Below are positions 47,892 through 52,480 of a DNA stretch of 52,480 bases, piece after piece. The stretch lies in IMG/VR virus record IMGVR_UViG_2740892112_000005; one strand, 5' to 3'. Under the pieces are notes generated by a model. That model had not been told where the DNA came from. It did no database searches and saw only the letters and a program-made list of their open reading frames with translations. The translations under genes and the position numbers were made by a program. This DNA is from a virus. Taxonomy: Duplodnaviria > Heunggongvirae > Uroviricota > Caudoviricetes. Position 1 is the first letter of the stretch. The number at the start of each line of letters is the position of its first letter.

Positions 47892-47949
47892 TTTCTGGTG
47901 ACGTTTGGCGGTATCAGTTTTACTCCGTGACTGCTCTGCCGCCCTTTTT
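47892..47949 (+). ncRNA. dicF: DicF small RNA (cell-division inhibitor sRNA) with intrinsic terminator
   Basis: TTTCTGGTGACGTTTGGCGGTATCAGTTTTACTCCGTGACTGCTCTGCCGCCCTTTTT matches the DicF sequence as I recall it; immediately upstream of dicB. Confidence 0.7.
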
Positions 47950-48118
47950 AAAGTGAATTTTGTGATGTGGTGAATGCGGCTGAGCGCACGCGGAACAGTT
48001 AAAACCAAAAACAGTGTTATGGGTGGATTCTCTGTATCCGGCGTTAATTGTTAACTGGTTAACGTCACCTGGAGGCACCAGGCACCGCATCACAAAATTC
48101 ATTGTTGAGGACGCGATA

Positions 48119-48307
48119 ATGGAAACGTTATTACCAAACGTTAATACGTCTGAAGGTTGTTTTGAAATTGGTGTCACTATCAGTAACCCTGTATTTACTG
48201 AAGATGCCATTAACAAGAGAAAACACGAACGGGAGTTATTAAATAAAATATGCATTCTTTCAATGCTGGCCCGTTTACGTCCGATACAAAAAGGATGTGC
48301 ACAATGA
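48119..48307 (+). CDS. dicB: DicB cell-division inhibitor
   Basis: 62 aa METLLPNVNTSEGCFEIGVTISNPVFTEDAINKRKHERELLNKICILSMLARL...; GAGGA RBS. Confidence 0.7.
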   Translation: METLLPNVNTSEGCFEIGVTISNPVFTEDAINKRKHERELLNKICILSMLARLRPIQKGCAQ

Positions 48308-48495
48308 ATACAGCATTTGCACTTGTTCTGACAGTTTTTCTTGTTTCCGGAGAGCCAGTTGATATTGCAGTCAGTGTTCACAGGACAATGCAGGAGTGTG
48401 TGACTGCAGCAACCGAACAGAAAATTCCCGGTAACTGTTACCCGGTCGATAAAGTTATTCACCAGGATAATAACGAAATCCCGGCAGGTCTTTAA
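48304..48495 (+). CDS. ydfD: YdfD-like small membrane/lysis protein
   Basis: 63 aa MNTAFALVLTVFLVSGEPVDIAVSV...; ATGA overlap with dicB. Confidence 0.55.
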   Translation: MNTAFALVLTVFLVSGEPVDIAVSVHRTMQECVTAATEQKIPGNCYPVDKVIHQDNNEIPAGL

Positions 48496-48587
48496 AACAG
48501 TTCCGTAATAAATATCCGGTTTCATTCTTATATGCCAGCAATGGCAGGGATTTGTTCACCCTTAAATCTGTAATGAGGTAAAACAAA

Positions 48588-51059
48588 ATGAGTAAAGTCT
48601 TTATTTGCGCCGCCATTCCGGACGAACAGGCAATAAAGGAAGAAGGTGCAGTCGCTGTAGCCACTGCCATTGAAGCCGGTGATGAACGTCGCGCCCGCGC
48701 AAAATTTCACTGGCAATTCCTGGAACATTATCCGGCTGCTCAGGACTGCGCTTATAAATTTATTGTCTGTGAGGATAAACCCGGCATACCCCGCCCTGCC
48801 CTCGATTCCTGGGATGCTGAATATATGCAGGAAAACCGCTGGGATGAGGAGTCTGCTTCCTTTGTCCCGGTTGAGACTGAATCAGATCCGATGAACGTCA
48901 CTTTTGACAAGTTGGCCCCTGAAGTACAGAACGCTGTCATGGTTAAGTTCGACACATGTGAAAACATCACCGTTGATATGGTTATTAGCGCACAGGAATT
49001 GTTGCAGGAAGACATGGCAACATTCGACGGACATATCGTTGAAGCGTTGATGAAAATGCCAGAAGTTAACGCCATGTATCCGGAGCTTAAGCTGCATGCC
49101 ATCGGGTGGGTTAAGCATAAATGTAAGCCTGGTGCCAAATGGCCCGAAATTCAGGCAGAGATGCGCATCTGGAAAAAACGTCGCGAAGGTGAACGCAAGG
49201 AAACCGGAAAATACACGTCTGTTGTTGATCTCGCCCGCGCCAGAACCAATCAACAGCACAGTGAAAATTCAACAGGAAAAATCAGCCCGGTCATTGCTGC
49301 CATTCATCGCGAATACAAGCAGACATGGAAAACACTGGATGACGAACTGGCCTACGCTCTCTGGCCTGGTGATGTGGATGCCGGAAACATTGACGGCAGC
49401 ATCCATCGCTGGGCAAAAAATGAAGTTATCGACAACGACCGCGAAGACTGGAAGCGTATCTCGGCATCAATGCGCAAACAGCCTGATGCCCTTCGCTACG
49501 ACCGCCAGACTATTTTTGGCCTTGTCCGTGAACGTCCGATCGACATTCACAAAGACCCTGTGGCACTGAACAAATACATTACTGAATACCTGACTACAAA
49601 GGGCGTGTTTGAAGATGAAGGAAGAAATCAGAGCGCAACTGATACTCTCTCGTCGCCAGTACCAGAAACTGATGCAGTGGAAACGGCAATGCCGGACAAC
49701 GAAAAAACCGAATGCGAAGTGGAAGACGAACCATCTGTAGAGCGTGAGGGACCGTTCTACTTCCTTTTCACCGATAAGGACGGCGAAAAATACGGTCGCG
49801 CAAACAAACTTTCTGGTCTGGAAAAAGCACTGGCCCTGGGAGCTACGGAAATCACAAAAGAGGAATACTTCGCACGTAAAAACGGCACGTACTCTGGTTC
49901 ACAACAAAATACTGGTGCATCTGACACGATCGCACAACCAGAGCCGGTAAAAGTTACCGCTGACGAAGTAAACAAAATTATGCAGGCAGCCAATATCAGC
50001 CAGCCTGACGCCAATAAGTTGCTTGCTGTATCACGTGGTGAATTTGTTGCAGGGATTAGCGACCCGAATGATCCGAAATGGGTGAAGGGGATTGAAACCC
50101 GCGATTCAGTGAATCAGAACCAGCAAGAAACGGAACAGAACGGCCAGAAAGCGGAACAAAACAGCCCAAATGCGTTACAAAACGAGCCAGAAACGAAACA
50201 GCCTGAACCAGTGGCGCAACAGGAAGTGGAAAAAGTCTGCACCGCCTGCGGTCAGACCGGCGGCGGCAACTGCCCTGATTGTGGCGCGGTGATGGGCGAC
50301 GCAACATACCAGGAAACATTCGATGAAGAGTATCAGGTTGAAGTTCAGGAAGATGATCCGGAGGAAATGGAAGGCGCTGAACATCCACACAAGGAGAACA
50401 CTGACGGCAATCAGCATCACGATAGCGATAATGAAACTGGCGAGACGGCAGATCACTCAATTAAGGTGAACGGTCATCAAGAAATCACATCCACCAGCAG
50501 GACGTGTGACCATCTAATGATCGACCTTGAAACCATGGGAAAAAATCCTGATGCCCCGATCATCTCAATAGGTGCAATATTTTTCGATCCGCAAACCGGA
50601 GATATGGGACCGGAATTTAGTAAGACTATCGATCTGGAAACTGCTGGCGGGGTCATTGATCGGGACACCATTAAATGGTGGCTTAAGCAATCACGCGAAG
50701 CGCAATCTGCCATTATGACCGATGAAATCCCGTTAGATGATGCACTGTTACAATTGCGGGAATTTATCGACGAAAACTCCGGTGAATTTTTTGTTCAGGT
50801 CTGGGGAAATGGAGCCAACTTCGACAACACGATTTTGCGCCGTTCATACGAACGGCAGGGGATCCCCTGCCCGTGGCGTTACTACAACGATCGCGATGTA
50901 CGCACAATCGTTGAGCTGGGGAAAGCCATAGACTTCGATGCCAGAACGGCTATTCCATTCGAAGGTGAGCGCCATAATGCACTTGATGACGCCCGTTACC
51001 AGGCAAAATACGTTTCAGTTATCTGGCAAAAACTGATCCCGAATCAGGCTGATTTTTAA
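48588..51059 (+). CDS. RecE-like recombination exonuclease with C-terminal DnaQ-like (DEDDh) 3'-5' exonuclease domain
   Basis: 823 aa; segment ...LLAVSRGEFVAGISDPNDPKWVKGIETRD... resembles RecE; C-terminus has MIDLETMG...GNGANFD...HNALDDA exonuclease motifs. Confidence 0.7.
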   Translation: MSKVFICAAIPDEQAIKEEGAVAVATAIEAGDERRARAKFHWQFLEHYPAAQDCAYKFIVCEDKPGIPRPALDSWDAEYMQENRWDEESASFVPVETESDPMNVTFDKLAPEVQNAVMVKFDTCENITVDMVISAQELLQEDMATFDGHIVEALMKMPEVNAMYPELKLHAIGWVKHKCKPGAKWPEIQAEMRIWKKRREGERKETGKYTSVVDLARARTNQQHSENSTGKISPVIAAIHREYKQTWKTLDDELAYALWPGDVDAGNIDGSIHRWAKNEVIDNDREDWKRISASMRKQPDALRYDRQTIFGLVRERPIDIHKDPVALNKYITEYLTTKGVFEDEGRNQSATDTLSSPVPETDAVETAMPDNEKTECEVEDEPSVEREGPFYFLFTDKDGEKYGRANKLSGLEKALALGATEITKEEYFARKNGTYSGSQQNTGASDTIAQPEPVKVTADEVNKIMQAANISQPDANKLLAVSRGEFVAGISDPNDPKWVKGIETRDSVNQNQQETEQNGQKAEQNSPNALQNEPETKQPEPVAQQEVEKVCTACGQTGGGNCPDCGAVMGDATYQETFDEEYQVEVQEDDPEEMEGAEHPHKENTDGNQHHDSDNETGETADHSIKVNGHQEITSTSRTCDHLMIDLETMGKNPDAPIISIGAIFFDPQTGDMGPEFSKTIDLETAGGVIDRDTIKWWLKQSREAQSAIMTDEIPLDDALLQLREFIDENSGEFFVQVWGNGANFDNTILRRSYERQGIPCPWRYYNDRDVRTIVELGKAIDFDARTAIPFEGERHNALDDARYQAKYVSVIWQKLIPNQADF

Positions 51060-51123
51060 TGTTCAACCCCGGTCGTTGCCCACCAGCTATAGTGGCGGCG
51101 ACCATGATTAGCGAACGACGCTC

Positions 51124-51372
51124 ATGGCAAGACTTATTCTGCTCACTGAGTGGGCAAAAGAGGAATTCAGTGAACCGGTCCCAACTCCGAGTACGTTAAG
51201 TAAATACGCTAAAGCCGGAATGATATTTCCTCTCCCCAAAAAAGTTGGAAGACGCTGGCGAGTGGATCCGCAAGCTCGCTTTGTCGGAATGGTAAACAAG
51301 CCGGAGGTGATCGCCACAGATCACCCTGCTTTGAAGAGGATACTGGAAGATGGCGCGCCCGCGAAAATATAA
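51124..51372 (+). CDS. xis: excisionase-like small DNA-binding protein
   Basis: 82 aa, basic, overlaps integrase start. Confidence 0.6.
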   Translation: MARLILLTEWAKEEFSEPVPTPSTLSKYAKAGMIFPLPKKVGRRWRVDPQARFVGMVNKPEVIATDHPALKRILEDGAPAKI

Positions 51373-52480
51373 AACCGATGTTCCGGGATTATCTCCGTAT
51401 TTTGACAAAAGAAATAACAAAGTTTACTGGCGTTACAGGCATCCCATAACAGGCAAAAATCACGGTCTCGGCAGTATTGACCAGAAACTGGCAGAAACTA
51501 TTGCAGCAGAAGCGAACAGCCGTCTTGCCCGGCAGCAAATGGAACAAATGCTCAGTCTGCAGGAGAAAATTATTAGTGATACCGGCGGTTCATCAACCGT
51601 TACCATTTTTCTGAATAATTACAGAAAAATTCAACAGGAAAGATATGAAAACGGCGAGATCAAACTCAACACGCTGAAACAGAAAGCGGCCCCTCTCAGG
51701 GTATTTGATGAACGTTTTGGCACCAGACCGTTAGATGCCATAACCGTAAAAGATGTGGTATCAGTACTGGAAGAGTACAAGGCCAGAGGACATAACAGAA
51801 TGGGACAAATTTTCAGGAAAGTACTGATCGATGTTTTCCGGGAAGCTCAGCAAACGGGCGATGTCCCGCCAGGCTTTAACCCTGCAGAATCGGCAAAAAA
51901 ACCGCAGGTGCGGATATCAAGACAGCGACTGACTTTTGATGAGTGGATGATGATTTATAACGCAGCGGAAAAGGATGGTTACTTTTTACAGCGCGGTATG
52001 CTGCTGGCACTGATGACAGGCCAGCGCCTTTCAGATATTTGCAAAATGCAATTTTCGGATATCCGGGATGGTTATCTTCATGTCGAACAGCAAAAAACAG
52101 GAACCCGGATTGCCATCCCTCTGGCTCTGCGTTGCGATAAATTAAATCTCACCCTGGATGATGTAGTGTCATCCTGCCGCGATTGCGTTCTTAGTCCGTG
52201 GCTATTGCACCACCATCACGCGAAAGGGACAGCTAAGCGCGGCGGGATGGTTAAGCCAGCAACATTAACCGTTGCATTTAAAAAAGCCCGGGATTCTGTG
52301 GATTACAACTGGCGTGCTAATGGCACCCCACCCTCTTTCCATGAGCAGAGATCTTTATCAGAGCGATTGTTCAGAGAGCAGGGGGTTGATACCAAAATTT
52401 TGCTGGGCCATTCGAATCAAAAAATGACCGATATTTACAACGACGCACGCGGTAAGGAATGGAAAAAACTGGTCATTTGA
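51350..52480 (+). CDS. int: tyrosine-type phage integrase
   Basis: 376 aa; N-terminal arm-binding-like region, C-terminal catalytic region with R...H..R...Y spacing; ends exactly at the window edge. Confidence 0.85.
   Translation: MARPRKYKTDVPGLSPYFDKRNNKVYWRYRHPITGKNHGLGSIDQKLAETIAAEANSRLARQQMEQMLSLQEKIISDTGGSSTVTIFLNNYRKIQQERYENGEIKLNTLKQKAAPLRVFDERFGTRPLDAITVKDVVSVLEEYKARGHNRMGQIFRKVLIDVFREAQQTGDVPPGFNPAESAKKPQVRISRQRLTFDEWMMIYNAAEKDGYFLQRGMLLALMTGQRLSDICKMQFSDIRDGYLHVEQQKTGTRIAIPLALRCDKLNLTLDDVVSSCRDCVLSPWLLHHHHAKGTAKRGGMVKPATLTVAFKKARDSVDYNWRANGTPPSFHEQRSLSERLFREQGVDTKILLGHSNQKMTDIYNDARGKEWKKLVI

Noticed and set aside
47920-48525. 201-aa - strand ORF
   Set aside because: Overlaps DicF, dicB and ydfD on the opposite strand; Cys/His-rich low-complexity translation; spurious
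1-52480. CRISPR array or cas genes
   Set aside because: No regularly spaced short direct repeats with unique spacers; the repeats seen are iterons, in-frame coding repeats or paralogous RNA-like modules
1-52480. Insertion sequences or transposases
   Set aside because: No transposase-like ORF and no terminal inverted repeats flanking a transposase; the duplicated hairpin flanking the AT-rich cassette is a terminator-like sequence, not an IS end

Overview
The window is almost entirely one lambdoid prophage (about 1.1 kb to the right edge at 52.48 kb) of an E. coli-like enterobacterium, with a Stx-phage-like layout but no stx genes. The + strand carries the early-left operon: a DicA/RacR-like repressor, small genes, DicF sRNA, dicB, ydfD, a RecE-like exonuclease, xis and int. 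The - strand carries cro-like ydaS and ydaT, a replication initiator with internal iterons, the nin region (DUF4406, a hok-type toxin, an AT-rich two-gene cassette, YdfU-like, RusA), Q with a pR-prime/tR-prime module, an adenine methyltransferase, ileZ-argN-argO tRNAs, a TerB-like gene, nanS-p-like esterase, the lysis cassette (S21-type pinholin, SAR endolysin, Rz/Rz1), an HK97-like head module and a lambda-like tail (V, G-T, H, M, L, K, I, J, lom, side tail fibre). The left ~1 kb looks like flanking DNA (AT-rich partial gene, ykgJ-family gene). The best candidate for an undescribed system is the AT-rich cassette at 36.66-38.52 kb: an unknown 216-aa protein translationally coupled to a fused HTH-ImmA/IrrE metallopeptidase, bracketed by a duplicated terminator hairpin. 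All calls rest on reading the six-frame translations and the DNA by eye; no database search was run, and family names come from recalled motifs.
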